Shown: positions 1 to 13,349, counted from the first letter of the stretch. The stretch: 64,000 nucleotides of DNA from Epiperipatus broadwayi (GCA_028023455.1 JAQFVV010000005.1:22134001-22198000); one strand, 5' to 3'. The notes: generated by a model not told the origin, from the letters alone. Numbers and translations: made by a program.

Positions 1-180
1 ATGGTTGACACAAAATGTTCGTATCTGGTAGATTGTAGTTCCTCAGTTTTATAAGCTTTCCAGAAATCTGAATAAATTGTTGAGCACTCTTACACATTTT
101 GTTTGTTCACTTCTATCAGAGCTGCCACTGTTCTATTTTCATTTGCCATGATGGAACAGTCATCGGTCCCCCTGCCCATG
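1..180 (-). mobile_element. Decayed Merlin (IS1595/ISXO2-like) transposase fragment, runs off window start
   Basis: Minus-strand translation MGRGTDDCSIMANENRTVAALIEVNKQNV*ECSTIYSDFWKAYKTEELQSTRYEHF, then frameshifted VNH; matches the ISXO2-type TIYSDxWKAY...YxH..VNH motif. Confidence 0.7.
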
Positions 181-369
181 GCTACCTGTTTTTATTTAGT
201 ATAATATTTTTTTTATTATATTTATATACAAATTTATCACTTAAGTTTGTCAGGTTAACATTATTTGACAAAATCACAAGGTTTATTTGATGGGGTCACA
301 AGGTTAGAAATTTATCACCAGAGTGAGATGGAAGTGAAAAGACAAAGCAACTCTAATATCCTAAGTACC

Positions 370-1398
370 AATAATTTCTTCAGTGATTAAAGCATTTGAT
401 CATCAAGGTGTAGACCCAGGATATTGTCATATTCTGAAGAATATTTATAAAAATGTAACAGCAACAATTAGATTATATAATGATACTAGGAAGATTAACA
501 TTGAGAAGGGTGTAAGACAGGATGACTTCATAACTTCAAAACTTTTTATAGCAGTTTTGCAAGAAATATTAAAATGGGAAGCTAAAGGAAAGTAAATAGA
601 GATTACTTAAGTAATTTAGATTTGGAAGATGACGTAGTTGTTTTTATAATAATGCTTTAGAGCTTCAGGAAGTGTTGTAGGAGTTATCAGATGAAAGTAA
701 GAAAGTAGGATTAAAGATAAACATTAAAAAGTCTAAATTAATGTTCAATGGATTTTCTCAAAAGTTCAAACTAAAGATTGATAATGATGAGTTAAAAGAA
801 GTTAATGACTACAAATACTTTAGTCAGACTATTACTACAAATGGAAACATAATGGGTGAAATTAATCATAGAATTAAACTTGTTTTGAGACTTTTGGTAG
901 AAATAACTTAATATTAAAAGGAAATATGCCTATGTGTTTAAAAAGGAAGATTTTTAATAAATGTGTTTTACCAGTTCTTACTTATGGAACTGAGACTTGG
1001 AGACTTAACAAAAAAGCAATATAGAGACTTCAGACCACCCAAAGAAGTATGGAGAGATGCATGTTAGTAGTAACAAGAAGAGATTGAAAATGAAATATAT
1101 GGGTAAGAGAACAAACAAGTCTTACTGACATTATTGAAAGAATTAAGAGATGGAAGTTGAGTTGGGCTGAACATATTGTTAGAAGAGATGATAATAGATG
1201 AAGAGTTGAAATCTTAAACGGGATTCCACAAGATTGTAAAAGACCCAGAAAGAGATCACATGTGAGATGGATGGATGAAATATAAATTTGGTAGTGATGT
1301 GGACAAGAGAGGCTAGAGATTGAAGAAGATGGATTGAACTTGTAGAGACATTCATTTTGCAGTGGATTAATAATGGTTGACAATAATGATGATAGATA
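370..1398 (+). mobile_element. 5'-truncated RTE-clade LINE (RT C-terminal half plus 3' end), pseudogenised
   Basis: KAFD...IRIEKGVRQ.D-like motif, YLSNL.F.DDVV, RTE-type C-terminus; ends in a tgatgat tail near 1385-1398; many stops and frameshifts. Confidence 0.9.
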
Positions 1399-4300
1399 TG
1401 AAACCAAAATCAGATTCTACATTACATATTTTAGACATCTCAGTTTTATCCCAACTGAAGTGTATATTTGAAAATGCCAATTTGCAGCTGCATGAAGCAC
1501 AGACATGATCTATGATATTATAACCCAATTTCTAGTTTTAAAAAATTAAATTGATCTCCTACTGTATTTATATGTCAAATGAAATTATTATTGTTAAATG
1601 GACCAGAAGTTTGAACATCTGAAATATTTTAGAATGATCAGCCAAATGTTAAATAAATATTTAAAACACCTTTATTTAACTTCATATGATGAAATAACTC
1701 ACATATAAACTAATGAATTTATATTGATTTTGGTTACAGCTATGATGTTATGCACTTGTAGGATTCAGATAATTTATTTCTCATTTATAACCTCATGTAG
1801 AATGAAAGGGGGAGAATATCTCATTGCTAGCTAGAATAAATATATTTAATAAACAATATCAACGCTACATACTATTTTGACCAAACAAAAAAAACCCAAT
1901 CTATGCCATAGTTAAAAGTAAATAGTGTCTATAATAACAACAAACAGCATAAATAATTTGCATGTGAGTTCATACTCTGATGTCACGTGATTGGCTTTCA
2001 AATAATCATTTGATGTTCATACTATACATTTTAACATGTTTATCAAGTGAGATTGTCATATAATATCAATTCACATTTGCTTTGAGAGTGTTAAAAATTA
2101 GCATTTTTTATTGCTTACAATAAATCCATTCTGTTGATAATCTTATTATATATACAAATTCCATATCAGCAGTCAATGTTTAAATAAACCAATAGAATAA
2201 AGACAACGTGATGTCAACACAGCAAAGTGTTGATATTTTGTTGGCTTATTTACACATAACCAGTTAGCTTTTTGGTACTTATGGATTTTATCACATTTCA
2301 TATTATAATTTATAATCCTGATACACTAACACTTGTGGTGAATAGCCAAACTATGTTGTTATGTAAAGCATGCATTAATTCAGAGATGGCACTGCAGGCA
2401 TATTGGAGAGGAAATTTTTTGCTGCAACACACTTTGCGTAGTGCAGATAGTCTTGATGATAGACAAAAAGTTAAAGGTGATTACCAAATATTTGTCTGTA
2501 GCAAGTCCAGCTTTGAATCCTAAGTCTTTATTAGTAGAGGCATACATAACTAGGATGAAGATTTGAATGCGTTATCATTTCCGTTGGTCACTGATTTATC
2601 AAGCTTCTCATGAATGAAGTTAGAGCAGAAAACATCTTAATCATATGTAAAAAATTATGATATTAAGTTAGTATACACCCTTTTCACCAATGCAAAAATA
2701 CATCTATATATTTTTTTTAAAGTAGAGGTTACGAAAACCTGGGATCAAATCTACATAACTATACAAGCAAGTTGGGTTCAAATTTTAGCTCTTTTTTAAA
2801 ATTTTGATGGTGGACAAAAAGTTAAAAATGATTGGAAAATACATGACTGTATTGTATTTTGAGTATCATCAAGAGCTGGTCTGGCATAAGAATTTGAATG
2901 TAATTTCAAGATTTCTTATAATTTTTTTTTATTAACTTCATTACTCTCATTCAGAGAAGTTATCTTTATCCTTAACTGTAATTTTTATTTTATGACTTTT
3001 GCCCAATTTAGCTATAAATTTTTTTATTTATCCTTTACACTTCTTGGCATTTATTTTTCCTATTTTTTTAATTTCTTTTATATACTACATTATATGCTTT
3101 TTCCAAAACCTTATTCAGATTTTTGACTTTTAAATCTTTTTTCATTTTTCTTACATTTTTGATTCTCTCTTTAAGCATAGGATGAAAAGTTTTTGCTATC
3201 TTGGACAGATCTTTTAATTTCTAAAAATAACTTTTATATTATATCTTATGACAACTCCATAACTGAAATATAATGAAATAAAGATGACCTATACAAGGAG
3301 AAAACACTGATAATATTAAATATAATCTTAAAGCATTTCTGGTGCTGAGCATTCTTTGTCAAAGACAGTTGTTATAACAATAAATAGTACTTTAAGAAAT
3401 TGTTACATTTTTATTTACCACTGTCAAACTCCCTTCACTCACAACTCCGACACCATCCATTTAAGATAAATACAAGAATGACCATTACTAATCATTATTG
3501 AAACTAGAGATTATCTCTAGCACAGATATAAATTTTAAACCTCAGTTAAAGATTAACCAAAAATGCATCAAGGTTGTGTTTAGTGATGTGTGGAGAATTA
3601 GCATTATTTTTAATTTATTTTTTACTTTTCATATTTGCAATTACTTAACTGTGATTTTAAATTATATTTAACTCCTAAAAAATATGGACAGTTTTAATAG
3701 AATTCACTATCTAAAATCTATCATGTTTTTTGGGGTTTTTTTCCCATTACTTATTCTCCATATTATTTCTTGTTGTCCTCCTGTTTGAATTTTGTGTCAG
3801 TATTCATCATATAATATTCTAATGAAAATTTCAAGTTTTTCCAATTTCCTCCAATGGAAATAATAATTGCATGGGGTTGTTTACCAAGTGTTAGATTTAA
3901 ATGCCTGTAAAACTGCCCATTTTATGTATTCTATGTAGGAGGAAATATTTGTATTACTAATATAATTAATAACTCTTTTCATTTACATTTTATTCAATGC
4001 AAACATTATTTCTACAAACAATTTTATTTCATTTTCTTATTAACTACATTTGATAAAATGATCAATGCATACAAGATAAAAAGGGGGGGAAATACAATAC
4101 TTGTATTACTATGACAGTAAAAGAGTTTGGAATCCATTTGCACTTGTACATGAATTGGTAGTTTTAATTTTATCAAAGCATTCTTTTTTCATTGTAACAG
4201 CCTATTATATATGAATATGGTCATCCTAACTCCAGAAAAATATATATTAAAAAAGTAATAATTATTATAGATTAGAAGTATGTTTTGTGATGTAGACAAA

Positions 4301-5946
4301 CCAATCCATAAAACCCAAATACAAATAGTATATCACTTCTCCATTAGTCTTTTATTTTACTACCTTGATACTGTAGATCTTTTAACTTTTCTGCAAAAAA
4401 CTCTACTTTTCGAAAGATTTTAATAACTTATCTAATTGTAGCTCCTGTAGTATTTTTTCCTAAGCTACATCTTCCAATAAAAACAATCAATATTGCACTT
4501 CTGTAGACGGCTTTGAAATATTCTGTATAACGTAAACAGGATTTGCTGATGATGCAAAAATTGTTTCAGGAAGTCTTTTAACATGTATTGCTTCGAAAGC
4601 ACAATTAAATAAAAAATGTTAGCAATGGTTCATAAATTTATTTTAATCTCGTTACTCTTTTCATTTTGATAATTTTAATTGATTATAAATATAGTAACTA
4701 ATGAAAAAATATAAAAATATTTTTTTGAAAATACAAGAAAAAAAACAACAGATTACTGTTGTAAAAACTAGTATTTTTAATACAAATTAGTAATTAATGA
4801 GAAGGATTAAATTTCTTTTCTTTCAATATTCTTTGAAAATTTAGTTTAATTTTGATCAGCTTAATTTTCTTATTAATAGTGGAGTCCAGAATACTTCTAT
4901 AGATTGTTCTTTTTTTGCAATACTATAAAGCGAAACTTTTTCATACATATTTTAAACTATCTATTAGAATTCAAAAATTAATTTTATTGCGGAAATTCCA
5001 AATATTGTTCAGTAGAACTCTAAAGTTTTACAAACCCCAAACTGGGCATTCTGATCCTGTAGTTCTACGCCCCGATTCATTCTTCTTACGATTTTTTCAT
5101 CATAATTTTAAATATTTTAAAAAGCATCTTTAAAAGAAATTTTCTTATGCCTTTACGCCATGTTAATAAAGGATATAATTCTCACTTCCATATAATCCAA
5201 AACTATATTTTAAATTATTTTTGGTTCATATTAAGCCCACGAGTATTTAATTTTCTACAGTCTTCTAGAAGTTGCGAATTCATATATGGCGGGAGATGGT
5301 GGGGGGGGGGGGTGCTCTATTTTTTTTTTTTATAGTTCTAAAAATAATTTTGATGTAAGATGATTTTTCATATTTTAAAAGATATTAAAGTAAGGAAATT
5401 TTTTTATGTTCAACTATTTTTTTTTAGTTTTTTTGTAAGCTTTTTTCCAAAATATAACAAGCTTGAATTTAAGAAATGGTGACGAAATTCGTCCCGACTC
5501 TCTCTTCCCAAGCATGTGAGAGTTTCCACTTTGTTGTTATTGTTCAGTTAAATTAATCTTTACATTTCTTTAGGATATATATATCATTACTTCTTTCTTT
5601 GGAGAAGGGGGGATATAATTTTTATATTTTTTTTTCAAAAAGTAATTTTAAATTGAAAACAATTTTATATTTGCAGATATTTAAATTTAGCAGTTTAATC
5701 TGTATTTAGTTGATAAATTCATTTTTAAAATTTATATGAATAATTAATTAGTCATTATATCTTAATTTAAAAATCGCATTTTAATTTACTTTTTAATTTA
5801 GATTTTTAGCTATATTTTGAGATTATATTATAAGCTGCAGAAAGGAATTTGCTGTTTACTGAAAGAAGACCCTTTAATTTTTCTTTGAGGTCAAAGAAAC
5901 AGTACATATTTTCTAAAATACAGCCTATAAATTTTTATCCTTGCAG

Positions 5947-6017
5947 TTGTTTTATTATGTAATTATTCATGTAGTGAACGAACGTAATTGGCTGCTGACT
6001 AATATCATCCACCAATG
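5947..6017 (+). other. Candidate 5' exon ending in ATG|GT
   Basis: Acceptor tttttatccttgcag and donor CCAATG|gtaaat; splice signals only. Confidence 0.25.
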
Positions 6018-6176
6018 GTAAATTTAGACTTTTTGTTTATGAATTTAAGACCAAAAAAGAATTTGGGGTTTTTTGGCCTCACTTCCTGATAGTTCTTAAC
6101 TGAAATATCTGTTGAGTTGTTTTGAAAGCTGAATGGATGAATGTAGGCATGTGAATGATCTCTCTTTTTTTTTTAG

Positions 6177-6246
6177 ATATTTAAAACTCATTACTCACAA
6201 AATGAAATGAAATTGCATCAGCCAAGGCCGCGATTGATGACTGATG
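6177..6246 (+). CDS. Candidate small coding exon (phase 0-1) IFKTHYSQNEMKLHQPRPRLMTD
   Basis: Strong acceptor ctctctttttttttttag, open frame, weak donor G|gtagcg; phase-compatible with 13257. Confidence 0.25.
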
Positions 6247-7002
6247 GTAGCGAAGCATTAAATCCTCTGCTTGCAGAACCAGGCTTCCATTCAATGATGG
6301 CATTTTATTCCAATACCCACAATTGCAGATTACTTTCTAATATTTAATACTAAACTTTGTGAAGTCAGAAGATGAAATTATTATTGATATCTTAAAAGAA
6401 CCAAGTAAAAATATAAAGATTATTAGCAAAATTATATATTCAATTTTTAAGTACTAAAGATATCTAGATGACTGGAAGAATAAAAGAAGCGATATTGATA
6501 TTTAAAAAAATTATTAAAGAAAATATGAAACAATCATGAGAAATTAAGATTTCATTCTTTATTTCGTTTTCTTTTTATTATTAACTGCAAACACTTTTTA
6601 GTGAATTAGTCATGAAATTCAATGAAAGCATATTTTAAAAAAGTATATCTTCATCTATTGCTGAAAACTTATTGAACCAATTTTAAATGCAGTTTGAAAT
6701 GCAGCCCACCAATACTGTGAGATCGGACAACTGGCTGAGCAATATTAAAAGACTGCAATGTCATATTGTATTATCACCAATCACTAATTGTACAAAATTT
6801 TTTTTAAAAAATCTGTTTGATAGAAGTATGTTAAAAATCAGTTACATACAAACAAACAAATAAACAGAATTTTTAAGATATTTATTAAAAAGATATTCGG
6901 TTTTTTAAAAAAGGCTCAGTAATAAAAGATACTTAAAAAAAAATCCAAATAAAAATTTGTTATATCTTAGGAAGCAACTTCATAATTAAAATTAATCATT
7001 GA

Positions 7003-7217
7003 AATGAAGCTGGGCTGAACATATTTCTAGAAGAGATGATAATAGATTGACAATTGGAGTCTTAAACTGAATTCCAAGTGATTGGAAAAGATGAAGAAAG
7101 TAAGAGAGCCTGTTAGAATGTTGTGAAGAAGAAAAGCTAGGGATCAGAGAAATTGGATTAAACTTGGAGAGATCTTCATTCTGCAGTTGGATAATGGTCG
7201 AAAATGATTATGATAAG
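7003..7217 (+). mobile_element. RTE LINE 3'-end fragment
   Basis: Aligns by eye with 1150-1398 (tgggctgaacatatt...agaagagatgataatagat...ttcattctgcagt...atgat tail). Confidence 0.8.
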
Positions 7218-7766
7218 TAGTTTCAAATTACAAAAAAATAATTAAAAAAAGAAGTCATATAAAAAATGATTATGTAGGTATTGAGTTAATAAATTAACAA
7301 CCAATAGAACATGCATTTCCTTTCAAGATTAAAATCAGCATGTATCATGTGACTGTATGTTAACACCAACAGCAATATCAAATGATTTTCTCATGTTTGC
7401 TCATTTGCTTCCAGAAACATATTTCTTCACTATTTTCTAGATTTTTCTTTTGTAAATGAGGATTAAAATTGAAAGTCAAAACTAATCCATATAATCTAAC
7501 AGCCATTTTGACTTCTTTATGCTATCGAGATAATAATATGTAATTCAATAAAATCCTCATGTTTTGAAGCATGCCACCTAATGGCTCTAGGAATACAATG
7601 TCAGTCTCAGGTCCCCTATATTAGGTGGAATTAAAAAAGGATAATGAAGCTTCACTGTAATATTTTGAAGCTAAACTGAGGGTAAACTCATTACCTTTAA
7701 GTGTTATTATCAAAATGAAGAAAACTTTTAGTTTCCAACAACAACAAAGGTTTAATTGACATCATT

Positions 7767-8268
7767 GTGAAAACAAAAATGGCAGAGAATGTATCAAATC
7801 AAGTGCAGAATAGAGGGGGAAATGTGAGTCAAGAAAACAGCAGTATAAATAAACAACTGATGGAAGAAGATAATCCAGTTAACAAAGAAAACACCTCAGA
7901 TGATTTGGACTATATGCCACCCAAAATATCACAAGGGAAAGAGAAAGTGAATGTCATTGAAGGCTTCAAAAAGTTTAAAATTGAAAACAATGTTATCTAA
8001 AAAGCGAAACCGATTAATAAAAGTTTAAAATTGAAAACATTATCTAAAAGCGAATCAGATTAATAAGAACAAATCTATAAAATCTAAATTTGAAACTAAT
8101 GAGAGAAGTAAGTCAAACAAATTATTTAATGTTAATAACCAAGAATTTAAGTATGAAGAGGCATTACAATCAAAGTATGGATGCAAGAGGCTTATGATAA
8201 TATATTGGATTTAACAGATGAGGAAGATGAAAAATCAACTGTTTTAATGAAGTCACTTAATGAATAAC
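7767..8268 (+). pseudogene. Decayed ORF of unknown origin with internal 50-bp tandem duplication (7969-8066)
   Basis: 77-aa hydrophilic ORF, then two copies of aaaagtttaaaattgaaaaca..ttatctaaaagcgaa.c.gattaataa, then further coding-like frames. Confidence 0.3.
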
Positions 8269-8413
8269 TTTTAATAAGGATTGAGAAATTTAAGGAATAA
8301 AAGTGAACAATATCTTTTATCAAGATCATAACCACAGACAAATTCATTTGATAAACTGGATGCTAGACACTCCAGCTAGAAATATCATTTTTGTAACAGT
8401 AATAGAGTTTTGT

Positions 8414-8751
8414 TGTAATATTTGAGGGCACAGGTCTGCACTCCTCATTTCTTCTGCAGGGTTTGATGATGGTGGTCATTGGGGGTCTGGTTTATGGGTG
8501 CAGGCTGTTGACGATTATTGCCGCTACCCAGAAAACCTGCCGGGAGGGTACAGGGTCAAAGTTTTCAGCGCCTTTTCCACTCTGACGGGCTGCTGCATCC
8601 CCTTGATGGATTGTTTTTGGGCAGTGCAGATCTGTGCTTGTCCATGTATAGATACACCTTAATCAGAATTATACAACCCTTTTATGGATATATTTATTAT
8701 CGAGCATATGTACTTTGTAAACCTGGTCAATAGTTGTTTTACCTTGTAACA
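8414..8751. mobile_element. GC-rich LTR-like insert (possible solo LTR)
   Basis: Abrupt GC rise; TGTAATA...TGTAACA ends (TG..CA); flanks ttgt/ttga only a 3/4 match for a 4-bp TSD. Confidence 0.35.
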
Positions 8752-9299
8752 TTGAACACTTTGTAACATCATGTAGCGGGTGATCAGTCACCTGGGTTTT
8801 TTTTCCTTAATAAAAAAAAAACTAATTCACTTGGATAGTTATATAGATCTAACACCAGGGCACTTTCTATATATTTTAAATACCTTTATTCCAACTGTAA
8901 ATCCTTTCAGCCATTTGTCTAGGAAAGTTAACACCAACAGTAATATCACCTGGTTTTCTTATATGCATATTCATATATTTCCCAGGAAATATTTCTTTAT
9001 CCTAGAGTAGAATGTTATATTCCATATGATTTGATGTCCAGTGATTACTCAAGCTTAAGTACATAGCTCTTGAGAAGGGTGACAAGAAATCTTCTTGGAG
9101 GTATTATAATATATGTCATCAGAAGTTTATTGTAAGATTCAGTAATCAATTGATTATATATATTATATCCACATCCATATTTCCAGATTAGTTTGTAGCC
9201 CATGTGATTTATCAGGGAAGAACTTAAACCTAGACTTTCTGGACTTAATGCTTCTGTACAATGGTTGAATTTTATTTTTTAATTATTATAATAAAACAC

Positions 9300-9830
9300 T
9301 TAAATTTAAAAACATCTTAATGTTTGGAATATAAGGCAATTTGCTTGTATAGTTATATAAATTTGGCATCATCTAGTGTCCATAAATGACTTATAATAGA
9401 TGGCTCGAGGGTAAATATAATTGCTTCTTTTAGAATTACACATATAGCAGAGTATTGACCACAAACTTCCCACAGTTTAGACTAAAGGCAATTTACTAAT
9501 ATATTTCTGTGAGATAAATATCACCAAAGAACAGTTATTTTCACTTTACTTTTCAGCCAACCACTTATGGGCTTTTGCCTTTATCACTGAAGACTAGGAT
9601 TTAATGCTGAAACTAATGCATTTAGAAACCATCTTTTACTCCTCTGTACTATTCAAGCTATTAATTTGGAAATTTAAAAAAAAAACCTAAGGTTTCAAAT
9701 TCAGGTTAACACACTTGCATAGCTAGGAGAATCTGATACTATATCAGTTTCTATATATTATTGAAATTTGAGTTTTGTATCATCTATGGTTGCTTTATAT
9801 TCTTTTGATAAAATATACTAATCTGTGGTT
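9300..9830 (-). repeat. Old hammerhead-bearing repeat (family G), degenerate
   Basis: Reverse complement matches 47030-47230, including decayed core cttcagtgataaaggcaaaagcccataagt. Confidence 0.6.
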
Positions 9831-10228
9831 TAATGTATATCTTTGCATTATAACAGTTTGACTGCAATATTTTAGATTATTTTTTTAGATATATTTAAAA
9901 CTTTTATTCTGCCATATATTTTTTGGAACATATGAATAAAGATAAATGCACACCAAAATATATTTTTGGCTGAACCAATGCTCTTTAAATGGATAAATGA
10001 TATTGTATGAGATCACATTTATTAAAAACAGATATACTAATCTTTAATTAAGTTTAAAGATTATATTTAGGCAAGCAATAGTGTGATATTTGAAAAAGAA
10101 TGGTGTTAAATGTTTGAGTGTAAAAAATTTGGCACTTGCGAATCAAATTTTAATAATATTACTAGCTTAATTTCCCTTTTACTTAATTTCCCATTTTTAT
10201 ACTGTATTATAATAGAATTTGTATAATA

Positions 10229-11505
10229 CCACCAAACATTACATGATCACCATTTCTTATGCTTGCTCATACCTGTTATTAAAACAGGCAAAAAAACCCA
10301 TACAGTAAGTGCCACTCAGTGTAAGCCAGAGTAATCAATGGATGCCAGAAGGCTTGTGCATAAAATCCCTATCTAGTGTCTACTCATCCAATATCCCCAG
10401 ACTAGTTTCTGGCTTGTGGCCATCATCAGTGAGGAGTCTTGGATCTGAGAGCACTGCACCTAGATCTTAGGATCTAATGCAACCCTCCAGCAGCCACCTT
10501 TTATCTCTACTTAACTATAAAACTATGAGAATAAAATTGAAAACACAATAATATTTTCAATCTAAGTTCATTAACTTATATAGACATATAGGTCTGAACT
10601 CAGTTCAATACCCATACATTTTGGTGATTATGTGATGTTTGATAATTTAATACCAATCCTGCCTAGTGGAATAGTGGTGGCTATGGTTATTAAAGGAACC
10701 AAAAATACTAAAATGTATGGGTACTGAACTGAGTTCAGACCTATATGACTATATAAGCTGATGAGCTTAGATTGAAAATGTTATTCTGTTTTCAAATTTT
10801 ATTCTCATAGTTTTGTAGTTAAGTAGAGATAAAAGGTGGCTACTGGAGGGTTACATTAGATCCTAAGATCTAAGTGCAGTGATTCTCAAATCTAAGGCTC
10901 CTCATTGACAAAGGCCATAAGCTAGAAACTAGTCTGGGGATACTAGACGAGTAGGCACTCGATAGGGATTTAATGAACAAGCCTTCTGGCATCCACTGAT
11001 TACTCTGGCTTGCACTGAGTGGCACTACTATATAGAGAGTTTGTCTTTTTTAATAACAGTTATGAGCAAGCGTAAAAAAATGGTGATCATGTTTGTTTTG
11101 TGATTTAATACCAATTCTGCCTAGTAGGATAGTGGTGGCTATAATTATTAAAGAACCAAAGACACCAAAATGTATGAGTACTGAACTGAGTTCAGACCTA
11201 TATGACTATATAAGCTAATGAGGTTAGATTGAAAATATTATTGTTTTCAATTTTATTCTCATAGTTTTGTAGTTAAGTAGAGATAAAAAGTGGCTGCTGG
11301 AGGATTGCATTAGATCCTAAGATTTAGGTGCAGTGCTCTCAGATCCAAGGCTCTTCACTGACAAAGGCCACAAGCCAGAAACTAGTCTGGGAATATTGGA
11401 TGAGTAGACACTAGATAGGGATTTTATGCATAAACCTTCTGGCATCCATTGATTTCTCTGGCTTGCACTGAGTGGCACTACTGTATGAAAAGTTTTACCT
11501 GCTTT
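10229..11505. mobile_element. Penelope-pLTR/retrozyme-like composite (family B): one inverted plus about two tandem 453-bp units
   Basis: 10229-10626 is the reverse complement of the unit; direct units from about 10624 with period 453; flanked by 13-bp direct repeat AATTTGTATAATA (10216-10228 / 11506-11518). Confidence 0.85.
10394..10435 (-). ncRNA. Minimal type I hammerhead ribozyme
   Basis: TCCTCA-CTGATGA-TGGC(CACAA)GCCA-GAA-ACTAGT-C|TGGGGA: intact core, 4-bp helix II, palindromic helix III, GUC cleavage triplet, 6-bp helix I. Confidence 0.85.
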
Positions 11506-12004
11506 AATTTGTATAATAAATAATAAACATAAAATAAAATATTTAGTAAGGTGTATCAAATCTTTACAAACTATAGATTTAATTTTAAAAACAAAACTGT
11601 GTACAAAAAAAATAATTAAGTTTCACTATATAGTATGATACTGTCTTAAACTATTTTCATTTTTTTATTCAGCTTTCTTAAAATATTTTATATGCAGCAA
11701 TATCAAGTTATCACATCTTTTCATACTAGTTATGTGATTGTCGTTATATACACTGTCATTGGTTTGTGCCAAATTTTAATAAGTGATTCTTTTTTTGTCT
11801 GTAAAAACATGCATAACAAAATAATCTTTTTAATCCATTATTTTAATGCGATTGTTATTTTGAAACTATTGTTGTTCAATCATGTGATGTGATATGATAT
11901 AAAATGCCTTCTCCATAGACAAATAAAAAAATGTGACTATAACTGTTATCTGTAGGTTAAAATGTGTACTAAATAGACATTTTATTTACTAGTTCACTAT
12001 ATAA

Positions 12005-12135
12005 TATATAGGGTATATGAGCACAGACTTCCACACGACCCACCACTCTCCACTCTATCTCATAACACTGGGACATTTGAACACATATATGTCGAAAAGA
12101 TAAATAATCACCAATATACGTATTTCATGCTATGG
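12005..12135 (+). repeat. Partial arm of family E repeat
   Basis: cagacttccacacgacccaccactc...gaaaagataaataatcaccaatatacgtatttcatgct matches 49400-49515 and 62060-62185. Confidence 0.8.
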
Positions 12136-12846
12136 TAATCCTTTTGGTAAAAATAAGATAGGAAGTCTAATATTTTTTTTTATTTTTTTTATGAGTGTAT
12201 ATTTGTATAAGTTGTGCAAAATAATGTCACTTTACTTCTAACCAATTGACCATATCATTATTTTTAAAGTGTGTGTATATATATATAACTAAACAAGATC
12301 AAAATCATTAAATATTACTTATTCATACTTATGGCTAAAGATATTGGGAAAATGTAATCAACTTTCACAATGCATTCATTTAAACTAAACAAGTTGTTTA
12401 ATGAATAAGAGCAAGTAATGATGGGATGTGTGAATAGTTTGTAATACCAGATAAATTTGTTTAAAATGAAATGCATTGTGGAAATTGTTTACATTTTCCC
12501 AGTATATTGAGCTGAATTATTGCCAACTAATATTTTTAGAATCATTAAATGGGAAGTCATTAAGATATTATCTAAGTATAAACATGTTATTAGTTTGAAG
12601 CTTATAATTTAAATCAATTTATATATACATACTTCTTTTTAAATCAAATATTTGTTATATAGCAATTAAGAGTGATAATAAATAATACCAATAACCATTA
12701 TAAATGAGACGGACTTTCAGTTTTTTAAATAACTATCTTCATTTGGTTTCCAATTTAAAATGATTATGTAAATAGCTGAAAGTACTTTTGTATTTAATAG
12801 TGGTTATTTGTAATATTTATTATTACAGTTATTATTTTATTGTTTT

Positions 12847-12956
12847 TTTTTTCCATATGTCAAAGCATCAGCCGGGAAGCAACCCACACAACTATCTGCA
12901 AGCAACTGCTTGCTTGCAAGGCAGCTGCGCTGACCTCTCGGCTACCAACACTTGAC
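12847..12956 (-). mobile_element. tRNA-Gly-derived SINE, long subfamily
   Basis: GTCAAG.GTTGG head, box A and decayed box B, TTTGACATATGG-poly(A) tail, TSD A(T/A)TATTTTATTGTTTT (12831-46 / 12957-72). Confidence 0.85.
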
Positions 12957-13256
12957 AATATTTTATTGTTTTATTAAATCAGGAACAATCAAGTAGAATA
13001 TTGATAGATACAATTAATTACTGATGAATCAACAAAATAATATTTGTCTTTGATCATGTGATCATTGCAATAATGTAAATAGACGTAAAAAATTAAGTAA
13101 GAGTTATAAAAAATATAATACCACTTGAAGATAAATATTATTTTGCCAAAACATCCAATAAGTGCATATTTAATATTCTGTATAATTTATTCCTGAAGTT
13201 TCCACAAATTTGCCTATAAAAACCTTCACTTCAACATATATTTATTTCATTTTTAG

Positions 13257-13349
13257 ATAACTGCAATCCCCCTTGTCAAAATGGAGTATGTCTTGATGGA
13301 TTATGTTACTGTGATAATGGTTATGGAGGCTGTGATTGTAAAACTCCAG
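13257..13349 (+). CDS. EGF-like domain exon (tenascin-type spacing), phase 1-1
   Basis: ttttag|...|gtaagt; 93 bp; (D)NCNPPCQNGVCLDGLCYCDNGYGGCDCKTP. Confidence 0.92.

Noticed and set aside
1030-1407. 125-aa minus-strand ORF
   Set aside because: Antisense shadow of the RTE LINE
2384-2476. 93-bp exon-like segment (cag|...AAAG|gtgatt)
   Set aside because: Weak polypyrimidine tract, no recognisable domain, adjacent to old repeat DNA
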